Of a DNA stretch of 64,000 nucleotides, positions 26,864 to 36,199 are shown one piece after another (the first letter of the stretch is position 1; every line of letters begins with the position of its first letter). A program made the position numbers and the translations under genes. The stretch covers positions 62,001 to 126,000 of the IMG/VR virus record IMGVR_UViG_3300042923_000601; one strand, 5' to 3'. The notes under the pieces are model-generated. The model was not told the origin of the DNA and ran no database searches. It was given only the letters and a program-made list of their open reading frames with translations.

Positions 26864-28057
26864 TTATTTGGCAGCGCGGCTAATCTCATGCACGAAAGCC
26901 AAGAATATTGCCTTTCGATATGCATTCAGCGTGGCGGCGCGGACGAACTGATTGCCGAATTTCTTCGATCCGTCCTCTATCCATTTGTCAAGTGTTTCCT
27001 TAATTCCTATAACCTTAGGGCGAGTTGAGTTGGTCTTGTATAAGCTATACGAGTGGGTAAGGAATTTGATCCCGGAGATTTCGTCGATCTTGTTTCCACC
27101 CTCTACGATATACAGCTCAATGATATCAGATACAAACCGGTCCAAATCGCGGCGATACATCTCAATGACGTTATCCAGAATCTGAGTAAGCTTCTGAACG
27201 GACACACTGACATCGCTACGTGCGGCTCTCTCAATTGAAGTGTGATTAAATCGATAGCTGGATAAGCTGGTGGCTACCTTAGATGAAATCTTCGCAATCC
27301 CAAGCATGGTGTTATCGCTGAGGTGGAAGTTGTTTTCGTCATAGGAGTCAGAGTCCTTATTCAGGTAGTTATTGGCCTTATGGTCTTCGTAGAAATAGGT
27401 CGAAAGGTTCTTCATATTCGACCCAATACGAGTCCGAATGGCAGATAGGTAGGTATTCAGCTCAAGGTCAGTACACTCACCCACAAGGCTTCCGATATAG
27501 AACTGATGGGACGTGATCCCTGTATATCGGATCATACCGAAGATTGTGCCTTCCTTTTTGATGATAAAGCTGTTGATGACCTTAGGGTTCTTATTCAAGG
27601 TGTAGTCCATGATCTCCTTATTAGGGAGATGGGGGAAGCTTCGACTGTGCATCAGAGTATAGAACAAGCAGGATACGAATAGGTTGCAGAGCGCAGCCTC
27701 TTCCTCCATCTTATGGATGGCGAAGTACCGAATGCAAAGTGCCATACACACGGTAAACGGGTTGGATACCCAGTTGACATGTCCAATGTCAGGTGACCGG
27801 GTGATAATAGCGTTGATTTCACGCTCTTTCATTCCAAGTAGGTTGAATATAAATGCCTTATCCAAATCACTTAGGATCAACCGGACGGAAAAGTTGGTTG
27901 AAAACAGGATTTCATTATTTCGGTCAATGTATCTTCCGATATAATCTTTAAGCTTCTTCACATTAGCCGGGTTAGAAAAGGCTTTTTCCACAGCAGGATA
28001 GAGATTGTCTTTCACATAGGTGGCCTGAACCTCTGATACAGGCGCAGTAGCTGGCAT
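26864..28057 (-). CDS. Hypothetical late protein (397 aa)
   Basis: Start MPATAP at 28057 (AGGAGG SD); late promoter at 28090-28101. Confidence 0.6.
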   Translation of the reverse strand: MPATAPVSEVQATYVKDNLYPAVEKAFSNPANVKKLKDYIGRYIDRNNEILFSTNFSVRLILSDLDKAFIFNLLGMKEREINAIITRSPDIGHVNWVSNPFTVCMALCIRYFAIHKMEEEAALCNLFVSCLFYTLMHSRSFPHLPNKEIMDYTLNKNPKVINSFIIKKEGTIFGMIRYTGITSHQFYIGSLVGECTDLELNTYLSAIRTRIGSNMKNLSTYFYEDHKANNYLNKDSDSYDENNFHLSDNTMLGIAKISSKVATSLSSYRFNHTSIERAARSDVSVSVQKLTQILDNVIEMYRRDLDRFVSDIIELYIVEGGNKIDEISGIKFLTHSYSLYKTNSTRPKVIGIKETLDKWIEDGSKKFGNQFVRAATLNAYRKAIFLAFVHEISRAAK

Positions 28058-28089
28058 GCGATTTCCTCCTTTGTACCGAATATAGGTTA

Positions 28090-28125
28090 TACTTAGCTGT
28101 TTTGGCATCGTGAAACAGCTGATTA
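28090..28125. promoter_or_regulatory. Back-to-back divergent late promoters
   Basis: AACA-GCTAAG-TA on - (28101-28090) and AACA-GCTGAT-TA on + (28114-28125). Confidence 0.65.
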
Positions 28126-28147
28126 ATATGACTAAGGAGTGATCACA

Positions 28148-29569
28148 TTGGACGTTCAAGAGAAGCTAAAATTAATCAGGGAAGGGTCGTATACAGAAAG
28201 CCCGCAACAGGTTCTGAATGAGGCGTACTACGGCAAGAACCCTGATTTGCTGGAGTGCGAGAAGCTCATGGAATTAGCGGTATACACACCTGGCGGGGAC
28301 ATTCAGTCCCTACGAAAGGTTACCGCAATTATGAAAAAGCTCTTCAACTTCAGTGATTTTGTTATTATACCTATTGGGCTATCTGGTCCGGCAGCTACAA
28401 TACCGATCACGACGTATAAGTTTAAGTATATTGTATCCAGGCTCGAAATGGAGAAGTCTGCAACCGGAATCCAGTTTAAATCTGGAGACAAGGTACAAGC
28501 AGTTATCATGATCGGGTTAACTGACTTTAGAATATTCAATCTGACCGGGGAAGAGATGGTGTCACTTATTCTCCATGAAATTGGGCATTCTATGCGTATG
28601 ATTCTCCCATCTACTCAGATTATGAATGCGGTTGGGGCCGTTGGTTTTACAACCGCCATATGGCCAGCAATTGTGTTTAACTTCTTTGGTGGTGCAGCGG
28701 TCGCTGTTGGTGGAGTCGTTACGGATATTAGAGATGGGATCAATCAGCTCCTTGGAAGTGCATCCGCCAGTGTCCACGACGTTATTAAGAAATTTTCGTA
28801 TATCGGCGGTAATATCGCTTCGCACTTCATGATAATAAAAAGTACTATTGCCCAGTTCAAAAATGCATCATTTGTATCTGCACTCGGGTCAATGATTAAG
28901 AATGGGGCTAAGGCTACATTTGGGATTGTAGATAAGATTTCTCCATTTGGATTGGCACGGGCGTTAGCAGGATTCACATTTAACGCCGGTAAATTCAAAG
29001 AAGAGCTTCTTGCTGACTTTGTTGCTACTGCTTATGGGTACGGCCCAGCACTATCGAGCGGTCTCGGCAAACTAACAACCGGCATGCATGATATGGCATC
29101 TAGCCCAATCGTTCGATTATTGTCATTGCCAGCTAATTTAATCAATACGATCCTCGATCCACACCCTAATAACATTTCCAGAATGAAGAAAGTGATCGAG
29201 TCCCTTGAAACGGAGCTTAGTAAAGGCATCAATGAGAAGGAATTTAGTTTAATCAAGGAAGACTTGGAAGCAGCCAAAAAAGAACTGGCTAAGTACGAAG
29301 CTGAAGTTGGTAAACGTAAGTTGACCCAATTTGACTTCATTATCTTCCGCAAGGTTATGGGTAAATTGATCAAGGGTAACGATGATGTAAGGGCGTTGTT
29401 CTTCGGTCTCACACCTAAAGACCTCGCAATGATGGATGGTCTGGAAGAGCTTCCAGTTAAAACGAAAGACCCTCAGGATATGCAGGAGTCGATCCAGCTC
29501 ATTGAAGAGGCTGCTCATATCCCATATGCAAGACGCAATCAGCTTATTGGCCTCATCTGCGAGGATTAA
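28148..29569 (+). CDS. Virion-associated zincin-like metallopeptidase with hydrophobic central region
   Basis: TTG start after AAGGAG. HEIGH plus EELLAD (M48-like third ligand), Gly-rich hydrophobic segments, N-terminal LKLIREG..VLNEA. Confidence 0.65.
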   Translation: MDVQEKLKLIREGSYTESPQQVLNEAYYGKNPDLLECEKLMELAVYTPGGDIQSLRKVTAIMKKLFNFSDFVIIPIGLSGPAATIPITTYKFKYIVSRLEMEKSATGIQFKSGDKVQAVIMIGLTDFRIFNLTGEEMVSLILHEIGHSMRMILPSTQIMNAVGAVGFTTAIWPAIVFNFFGGAAVAVGGVVTDIRDGINQLLGSASASVHDVIKKFSYIGGNIASHFMIIKSTIAQFKNASFVSALGSMIKNGAKATFGIVDKISPFGLARALAGFTFNAGKFKEELLADFVATAYGYGPALSSGLGKLTTGMHDMASSPIVRLLSLPANLINTILDPHPNNISRMKKVIESLETELSKGINEKEFSLIKEDLEAAKKELAKYEAEVGKRKLTQFDFIIFRKVMGKLIKGNDDVRALFFGLTPKDLAMMDGLEELPVKTKDPQDMQESIQLIEEAAHIPYARRNQLIGLICED

Positions 29570-29574
29570 ACGAA

Positions 29575-29610
29575 AAAAAAAGAGAGAACCGGTTTCCCGG
29601 TTCTCTTCTT
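29575..29610. terminator. Bidirectional terminator
   Basis: GAGAACCGG/CCGGTTCTC stem between convergent genes, with an A8 tract. Confidence 0.65.
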
Positions 29611-29611
29611 C

Positions 29612-32071
29612 CTATTCGATTACTCGAATTGGCTTCTCTCCACGGAGAGCATTGATCTTCTTATCGCCGTTAGACACCCGAGTCTTCACTGGGATATCTT
29701 CTACGACAATCTCCTTCACTTCACTACCCACCATGTACTTGATCGAAGTAACCTTAGGGTTTACGGCGAATACGGCATTCAAGGTTTCAGACTTGGATAC
29801 CAATGCTACGCCGCCAGTGCCTCTCTTCATATCAGTCAATGAGGTTTCGAGCGAGATACGCTTCATTTCTCCACGGTCGGCGATGGTGATAATGTGAGTG
29901 TCGCTAGGACTTACTACACATGCACCCATAACCTCGTCACCTTCCTCCAGCCTGATGCCGTTCACACCTGCGGTAGACCGCGAGGTAGTCGTTACATCCT
30001 TAGCATCAAAGAGGATGGACATACCGTTCTTGGTATAGATCAGGAACTTATCCCTGTCAGAGCGTAATGATACTACGCCTGCAAGGACATCGTCCGTCTT
30101 CAGTTTGATTGCAGACCCACCCTGTGATGCTCCGAAGTAGTCGGCCAGCTTAGTTTGCTTAACCGTACCGTTCTTGGTCACAAAGATCAGAGACGCTTTG
30201 GTATTTGCACCTGCCGACACCGCGCTTACGATCTCAAGGTTGTCATTCTTAACCAACCGTCTAAGGCTTACTCCAATACCAACGGTGTCAGAAGTCGAGA
30301 GTTTATATACAACCTCACTATACACGCGGCCAGTTGGGGTAAACATGAACAGCTTATCTTGGCTGGATACGTTATACTGCATATACACCAGCTTAGCGTC
30401 ACCCGGTAGCTCTCCATTCTCGAAGACACCTTCCGGTAGACGTTTGATGAATGCATTGTGTGTCACGGATATTGTATGTGGCGTATCCGTTTCACCTTCC
30501 TTGGCGAGATCAATCACCTCAGATATACGCTTGCGGGAGTACTTCTTGATCCCGGTGCGCATTTGCTCCTTGATGATGTCGTCAATGGCAGTATCACTGC
30601 GCAAGATGTCAGAGATTTTCTTCAGTGACGCTTGGAGAGCCTCTCTTTCCTCTACGTACTTCTCATAGCCCTCTCGGCCCAAGTTCCTTACTTTCATATC
30701 TGCAAGTTGCTCGGCCTGGTAGCTACTGATGTTAAAGGAATCGTAAATCTCGTCAATTGCGCCACGAGTTGATTTATTAGTCCGTATAATATTGATGAGA
30801 TCACCGATCTGGTCTTTCTCGAAGAGGTCAATCAGAGCGTCGAGTACATAGACTCGTTTAGATTCTTTACTCAACCGGAGGCGGTGCATCCGAATCAATA
30901 CACGACGACGGAATGCGATCCACTCCAGAATGGCCTCGCGGAGGCTGTAGTACTGAACGTTCTTGCTCATCATAACGTATACCTGAATGATCGGATATGT
31001 TTTCTCCAGATCAGTCATCTTGAACAGTCGCTCCATCACAATGTATGGATCATAGCCTTTCTTAACCTCGATCCACATTCTCGCAACGTCTGACTTGTTC
31101 GCCAGCGTAGGAATTGAGCCCGGTGCAGTTCTGATCTCAGCATGCACGATACCATCCAGTTTGCCTTTACTCACAAGCTCGATGATGCGGTCATAAACCG
31201 TTTGCATATTGATCTCGTATGGGGCGTTGAGTACCATGATATTACCATCGGCGTCAACTTCATATTTAGACCGGATTCGATATTTGAGATTCTCATCTTC
31301 TTTGCCCTTCTTGGGCTTGAAGTCAACAAGCTTCTTAAACACTTTCTTGTCAAGGATGGTACAGCCAGTAGGGTCTTCCGGATACAGGACAAACTTCGCA
31401 TTAGGATCATCAATGAGAAGAGTGACTGCGTTCATCGCGTCCTGTGGTAAGAACCCTGGTGTCATAGTGGACAATCCTTGACCGATCCCCTTAGTCCAGC
31501 TCATCAAGAACAGCGGATACTTAGCTGGGAGGTATACAGGTTCAACGGATTCACCGTTAAAGCTTGGCTTCATGTCAACAACATCAGACTTCAAATCCCA
31601 TTCGTTTGGATCAAAGAAGCAGTCACGGGCGAATTCTGTTAACCCGCACTCCGTATAACGCATTTGGGCGTATGTAGACGGATCACATGCTCGTCCATAG
31701 TTACCCTTGATGGCCACAAGTGGGAGTAGGTGTTTCCATGGTTGTCGCATAAAGATCATTGCTTCATAAGCGGCAGAGTCACTGTGTGGGTGAAGCGATA
31801 GAGTCTTACCCACTGCATCCGCCGACTTGCTCAGCTTTGTTTCAGTTAGTCCGGCACGTGCCATGCTGTATAGGATACGGCGATGGACAACTTTCAGGTT
31901 ATCATAGAAGAACGGGATATCCCGTTTCAGGTTTCGGTTCATACCATGGGAGGTCATGTGCTCCTCAACGAAGTCGCCAATATCCAATTCTTCGATATTA
32001 GGCTGCTCCCATGAATCAACTTTTGACTTAGAATAGATGTACTCGGGTTTAAACACTAATCTGAGACTCAT
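29612..32071 (-). CDS. gyrA: Type IIA topoisomerase subunit A (GyrA/ParC-like)
   Basis: LKVVHRRILYSM, HPHSDSAAYEAM, AQMRYTE (catalytic Tyr), C-terminal beta-pinwheel repeats. Confidence 0.92.
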   Translation of the reverse strand: MSLRLVFKPEYIYSKSKVDSWEQPNIEELDIGDFVEEHMTSHGMNRNLKRDIPFFYDNLKVVHRRILYSMARAGLTETKLSKSADAVGKTLSLHPHSDSAAYEAMIFMRQPWKHLLPLVAIKGNYGRACDPSTYAQMRYTECGLTEFARDCFFDPNEWDLKSDVVDMKPSFNGESVEPVYLPAKYPLFLMSWTKGIGQGLSTMTPGFLPQDAMNAVTLLIDDPNAKFVLYPEDPTGCTILDKKVFKKLVDFKPKKGKEDENLKYRIRSKYEVDADGNIMVLNAPYEINMQTVYDRIIELVSKGKLDGIVHAEIRTAPGSIPTLANKSDVARMWIEVKKGYDPYIVMERLFKMTDLEKTYPIIQVYVMMSKNVQYYSLREAILEWIAFRRRVLIRMHRLRLSKESKRVYVLDALIDLFEKDQIGDLINIIRTNKSTRGAIDEIYDSFNISSYQAEQLADMKVRNLGREGYEKYVEEREALQASLKKISDILRSDTAIDDIIKEQMRTGIKKYSRKRISEVIDLAKEGETDTPHTISVTHNAFIKRLPEGVFENGELPGDAKLVYMQYNVSSQDKLFMFTPTGRVYSEVVYKLSTSDTVGIGVSLRRLVKNDNLEIVSAVSAGANTKASLIFVTKNGTVKQTKLADYFGASQGGSAIKLKTDDVLAGVVSLRSDRDKFLIYTKNGMSILFDAKDVTTTSRSTAGVNGIRLEEGDEVMGACVVSPSDTHIITIADRGEMKRISLETSLTDMKRGTGGVALVSKSETLNAVFAVNPKVTSIKYMVGSEVKEIVVEDIPVKTRVSNGDKKINALRGEKPIRVIE

Positions 32072-32085
32072 GTGTCAGGTTCCTC

Positions 32086-34461
32086 CTACGTATCGATTTT
32101 CATCAGATCGAATTTGGCATTCTTCATGTGTTGCTTGCGGAGCTTTGCATACTTTTCTTTCTGGGATTGGTGCGTGGCCAGCTTTTCAAACGTAAGCTCA
32201 CCATTTCGAGCAACCAACCGTTGGCTATGTCTAGCTTTGCGATCAAGCATTGTTCTAGCCAAATCTTTACCGTCCATTTCACCCAAACCTTTATACCGTC
32301 GAACGACCTTAGGTTTATACTTATCAAAGTCAATGACGATCTGGTAGAGGCTCATGCCGTTTTCATTCTTATTGTCGATTGAATAGCCATAGAATGCATG
32401 ATCCTTGGTAATTTTCGACGCGGTATCTAAGAAGTCGTCAGCATATTCGAATCGGTTGAACTCGTCATTCTCAGTAGTTCCGATGATAGCGATGTGACCA
32501 TGGAATGGTTGTACCTTAAGGAAAGGGAACCGTGCCTTTAAAGCCTTCTGCCAAGTCGGAACTGTCTTTTCGGTAAAGCCAATGCCCACATTAGCAACAA
32601 GGAACTCACATAGTGTATCACTAATACCATGATGAACTGCTGCTCTGTGAATGTCATTCACGTATTCTTCCGTATCAACCAGCATGGAAATGACGTCTTC
32701 TTCAGGCATCTTTTTACCATTCAGGTATACAGAGTGTTTACTTGCAAAGTTATTCTGGGTAAGGGTCATAAAGTCGCGGGTAGAAGGTAGGAACTGTGTC
32801 TTCCCGTCCTTTATGATCTCATAAAGCGGAGGTACGACGCGATATACACGGCCAGCATCTACCAGAGGTCTGAAGAACTGGTATATGGTTGTCCCTAGCT
32901 GGGCCGCTATTTCACCACCGTCGCTATCTGCATCAGTAGCAAAGTTAATACGATCAAATGGGCAGTCTTCAAGATTAAATGTCTTTCCGATGCCACATTG
33001 CATGATATTGTGTAAGTGTTTTACTACTGCCTTATCATTCTTCAGCTTTGTCAGCACTTCAGTTGGTGTCATATCAAACGTGTTGTCATTCTTACCACGG
33101 ATTGACAGAAGTGCTTGAGAATGAGGGTCACACTCTGATTCCATACCGCCCTTTGCGGACTTCCCTTCAACGATAAAGAGTTCCTTGTAAGGGGATGTTG
33201 AAGTTTTGGATACTGGAGTATACTCCTCAATGCGATTTTCCGAAAACATGTTGGTTACGTCTTTCCTAACTTTCTTCCGACCAGACTCAGCTGCGATACG
33301 AGCCTTCGCATTTTGCTTAACAACAGAAGCCAGTTTATTCAGCTTAGCCGTGTCGAGCATGCGAATTGATCTCCGAACCGAATCCATAACAAATCGTTTT
33401 GCCAGTGCATCATCCAGAGCTTCTTTATGCTGGCCACGGAATTTACCTTCGACATTTTCCAGCCGAACGGATATAATCCCAACCAAACCAACACGGAAGT
33501 CTTCTGCCTTAAGCTTCATTCCTTTATCTTGACCTGTCAGGTAGACATCTTCCATATGCTTTCTGAGCACTGTGATAAGAGCCTCTACGAGACCGTCAGT
33601 ATGGGAACCACCGGACTTGTTGAAGATATTATTGGTGTATGCCAGAATGTCAGATTCGATTTCACTCTCCGGGTTGTAACCGAAGGTGAACTCCACTGCA
33701 TCCCCACCGAATACACCAATGCCTGATACGATAGGCTGGACAACTTTCTTCTGAGTCATGTAGTCCTTCAGGGAGTTATTCTTGAAGACCTTGGTAATTT
33801 CTTGACCATCGGCCTTCTTTCCCTTAAAGATGATAGTCGTTCTTGTACTGACATAACTCTTGGTCGTAACCAGATTGAGGATATCCTCACAGGTCACATT
33901 GCGGTCTTTAAAGAATCGGGTAGGGTCAAACGTCCACTCCAAGTAAGTACCGTGTTCTTTGGACTTACCAGTCTTGGTGGAAGTGCGAACACCGTCAACG
34001 TATTTGATTTCGGTGTACTTACCTTCACGCTCAGACCGGATGAACATTTCGGCAGTCAGGAAGTTGACCAATTTCAAACCTGTGCCGTGGACACCACCGG
34101 ACGAACCGTATGCTTTATTCTTACCCATCTTAGCACCGGTCGTTAAGACTTCACACATCTTGAAGATCATGTTATGCGGGAAGCCGCGACCTTCGTCTTG
34201 CACTGAACAAACTCGTGTTTTCTCATCATAGGTGATAATTACTTCGCTACCGACAGCGCCGAAGTTCTCGGTCTCGTCAATAGCGTTAGAGATGGCCTCA
34301 TCCGCCAAATGGATGATCCCTTCCTTATCAATATTCGGAAGGTAGTTGGTTGGGTTTTGACGAACCCGTAACCTATCTTCAGTGATAGACGTTACAGAGC
34401 TGTCATCATAAGCAAAAGGGTCGCCGCCAATGCGGTGGCGTCGATGGATGATAACTGTCAT
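32086..34461 (-). CDS. gyrB: Type IIA topoisomerase subunit B (GyrB/ParE-like)
   Basis: GHKL motifs EAISNAIDE, DEGRG, GVHGTG; TOPRIM motifs IVEGKSA and TDADSDG; RYKGLGEM. Confidence 0.94.
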   Translation of the reverse strand: MTVIIHRRHRIGGDPFAYDDSSVTSITEDRLRVRQNPTNYLPNIDKEGIIHLADEAISNAIDETENFGAVGSEVIITYDEKTRVCSVQDEGRGFPHNMIFKMCEVLTTGAKMGKNKAYGSSGGVHGTGLKLVNFLTAEMFIRSEREGKYTEIKYVDGVRTSTKTGKSKEHGTYLEWTFDPTRFFKDRNVTCEDILNLVTTKSYVSTRTTIIFKGKKADGQEITKVFKNNSLKDYMTQKKVVQPIVSGIGVFGGDAVEFTFGYNPESEIESDILAYTNNIFNKSGGSHTDGLVEALITVLRKHMEDVYLTGQDKGMKLKAEDFRVGLVGIISVRLENVEGKFRGQHKEALDDALAKRFVMDSVRRSIRMLDTAKLNKLASVVKQNAKARIAAESGRKKVRKDVTNMFSENRIEEYTPVSKTSTSPYKELFIVEGKSAKGGMESECDPHSQALLSIRGKNDNTFDMTPTEVLTKLKNDKAVVKHLHNIMQCGIGKTFNLEDCPFDRINFATDADSDGGEIAAQLGTTIYQFFRPLVDAGRVYRVVPPLYEIIKDGKTQFLPSTRDFMTLTQNNFASKHSVYLNGKKMPEEDVISMLVDTEEYVNDIHRAAVHHGISDTLCEFLVANVGIGFTEKTVPTWQKALKARFPFLKVQPFHGHIAIIGTTENDEFNRFEYADDFLDTASKITKDHAFYGYSIDNKNENGMSLYQIVIDFDKYKPKVVRRYKGLGEMDGKDLARTMLDRKARHSQRLVARNGELTFEKLATHQSQKEKYAKLRKQHMKNAKFDLMKIDT

Positions 34462-34550
34462 CGATGTACCTCCTATATAGTATGGTCTCTTGATTGTTGG
34501 GAGGGTTATAAAAATGCACGAAGGGGTATCCGAGGGTTTTTAAATGCGAT

Positions 34551-35177
34551 TTAATCACCCCGAACGGTACCCTCTACTGCATGCCACAGCGCTGGGAATT
34601 GATGCATTGCAAAAATGTCACAATGTGCTTCAAGGACATCCACGAATTGAATAAGGGATAGGTTAGTCTCGGTCATCCACTTATTCACGTATGATGGATG
34701 AAGCAAATCTCTAAGCCCGCGTGCATTCATATACATGCCATCCATCACGGCGAGCATATTAGCTGAGCGGAACCTACAGAAGTGGTAAACGTGACCCAAT
34801 TCATGTAGGAGCGTAAAGGCAAATAGCCGTTCTGGTGTCCAAGGAACGTTAAGCGAATCGAAGTACGAACCTGACCGCTGTTCCAGTGTGATAAAGCTCC
34901 ATCTGTCTAAAATATCCTCGATGTGCTTTGCAATATGGATGTGGGACTGTATATATTTAGAGGTTGGCTTCACGGTAATCTCACAGAACGCGCCTCCCAT
35001 CTTAATCAAAGCCCCTTCATTCAGGGCCTTAGCCTTTTCAGTATCATACATTGAAACCCGTACCTTAGCATCTGGGATTAAGTCATTTGCTACATTGAAT
35101 ATATGATCGGCACATGCTAAGTAAAACTCCTCTGGATCATATCTAGGCAACAAATGCCTCTTGTGGATGGTAATCAT
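34551..35177 (-). CDS. HExxH-containing protein (putative zinc metallopeptidase)
   Basis: LLHELGHVYH and EAHCDIFA; start moved to 35177 (AAGGAGG SD). Confidence 0.6.
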   Translation of the reverse strand: MITIHKRHLLPRYDPEEFYLACADHIFNVANDLIPDAKVRVSMYDTEKAKALNEGALIKMGGAFCEITVKPTSKYIQSHIHIAKHIEDILDRWSFITLEQRSGSYFDSLNVPWTPERLFAFTLLHELGHVYHFCRFRSANMLAVMDGMYMNARGLRDLLHPSYVNKWMTETNLSLIQFVDVLEAHCDIFAMHQFPALWHAVEGTVRGD

Positions 35178-35323
35178 GTGAATCCTCCTTGTAGTCTGTG
35201 TCATGTATATCATATATAATTAACGTTTGTCATGGTAAAAAAATTTAACGTAAATAAGTGGATACAGGAGTTATCCTGTATCCACTATGGTTGATCTTTT
35301 GTCGACAGAAGACCAAGCCGATA

Positions 35324-35821
35324 TTACCAGTTGATGCGTTTTGCTTTGTTCTTCTTCTTGCCTTTACCTTTACCCTTCTTCTTATCCTTGTCTTTCTTTT
35401 TCTTCTTGCCGCCCGAATTAGTTGCTTCTTGGATATCCTCGAATGTGCCAGGCAGGCTGCGAAGAATATCCTTATCGAATTGCTGCATCAGGAGTAACTG
35501 CTTGTCGCTCATCTGAATAGTACCGGCGGCCACATTGGCGCGCAGCTCAGACAGCATGGATTTTACAACTTCAACCGAAGCGTTAGTGGATTCCGGGCTG
35601 AGCATGTCTCTGTCGACCACAACCACGTCACCGCACTTCTTGCACTTCGCTTTTTCAACTTCGCCTTCCATGAAAGGAATCAGCCATGTTTTACCCTTCT
35701 TGGATACGTGAGGGCAAATAGACTGGAACGATGCAGCCTGCGCTGCAAGCTGTTCTTGGCCCTGCTGGAAGTCTTTTTGCAATTTCTTCATCTGCTTCTG
35801 AAGCTTCTTCATGTCTTTCAT
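35324..35821 (-). CDS. Basic protein with Zn-ribbon-like Cys/His and poly-Lys tail
   Basis: CPH..CKKC, N-terminal coiled coil, C-terminus KKKKKDKDKKKGKGKGKKKNKAKRINW; early promoter at 35905-35914. Confidence 0.65.
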   Translation of the reverse strand: MKDMKKLQKQMKKLQKDFQQGQEQLAAQAASFQSICPHVSKKGKTWLIPFMEGEVEKAKCKKCGDVVVVDRDMLSPESTNASVEVVKSMLSELRANVAAGTIQMSDKQLLLMQQFDKDILRSLPGTFEDIQEATNSGGKKKKKDKDKKKGKGKGKKKNKAKRINW

Positions 35822-36199
35822 TCTGTACTCCTCCTCATAGTTTCACTACTCCCATATAGAGAGATTAGTATTGGTGGTGAGCATATCAATGTCCCATACA
35901 CTACTATAATATATCATTGCGTGGCGATATGGGATAGAGATACACTTAGAACTCATTGAGTTGTTAAGAGACGATTTATTTCCTACATTTGCATGTCACC
36001 GCCTCCTTATGTGTCGAATCATTGGTGTTGTTACTCATCGATATAATATATAAGTCAAATTAATAACGCCACTGCAATTAAGCAGTGGCGTTACAGGGAG
36101 GATGGCAGGAGCCCGATGGCGGACCGCTGTATGCGTCGTCAGGGGGGACGAAATTGCAAGGCGGCATTGGCTCAATTACTTGTTAAGAGTAATAATAAT

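Noticed and set aside
26864-28057. Possible sigma-like specificity subunit of the non-virion RNAP
   Set aside because: No recognisable sigma motif, and it sits behind a late promoter, which is unexpected for the factor that activates late genes. Left hypothetical.
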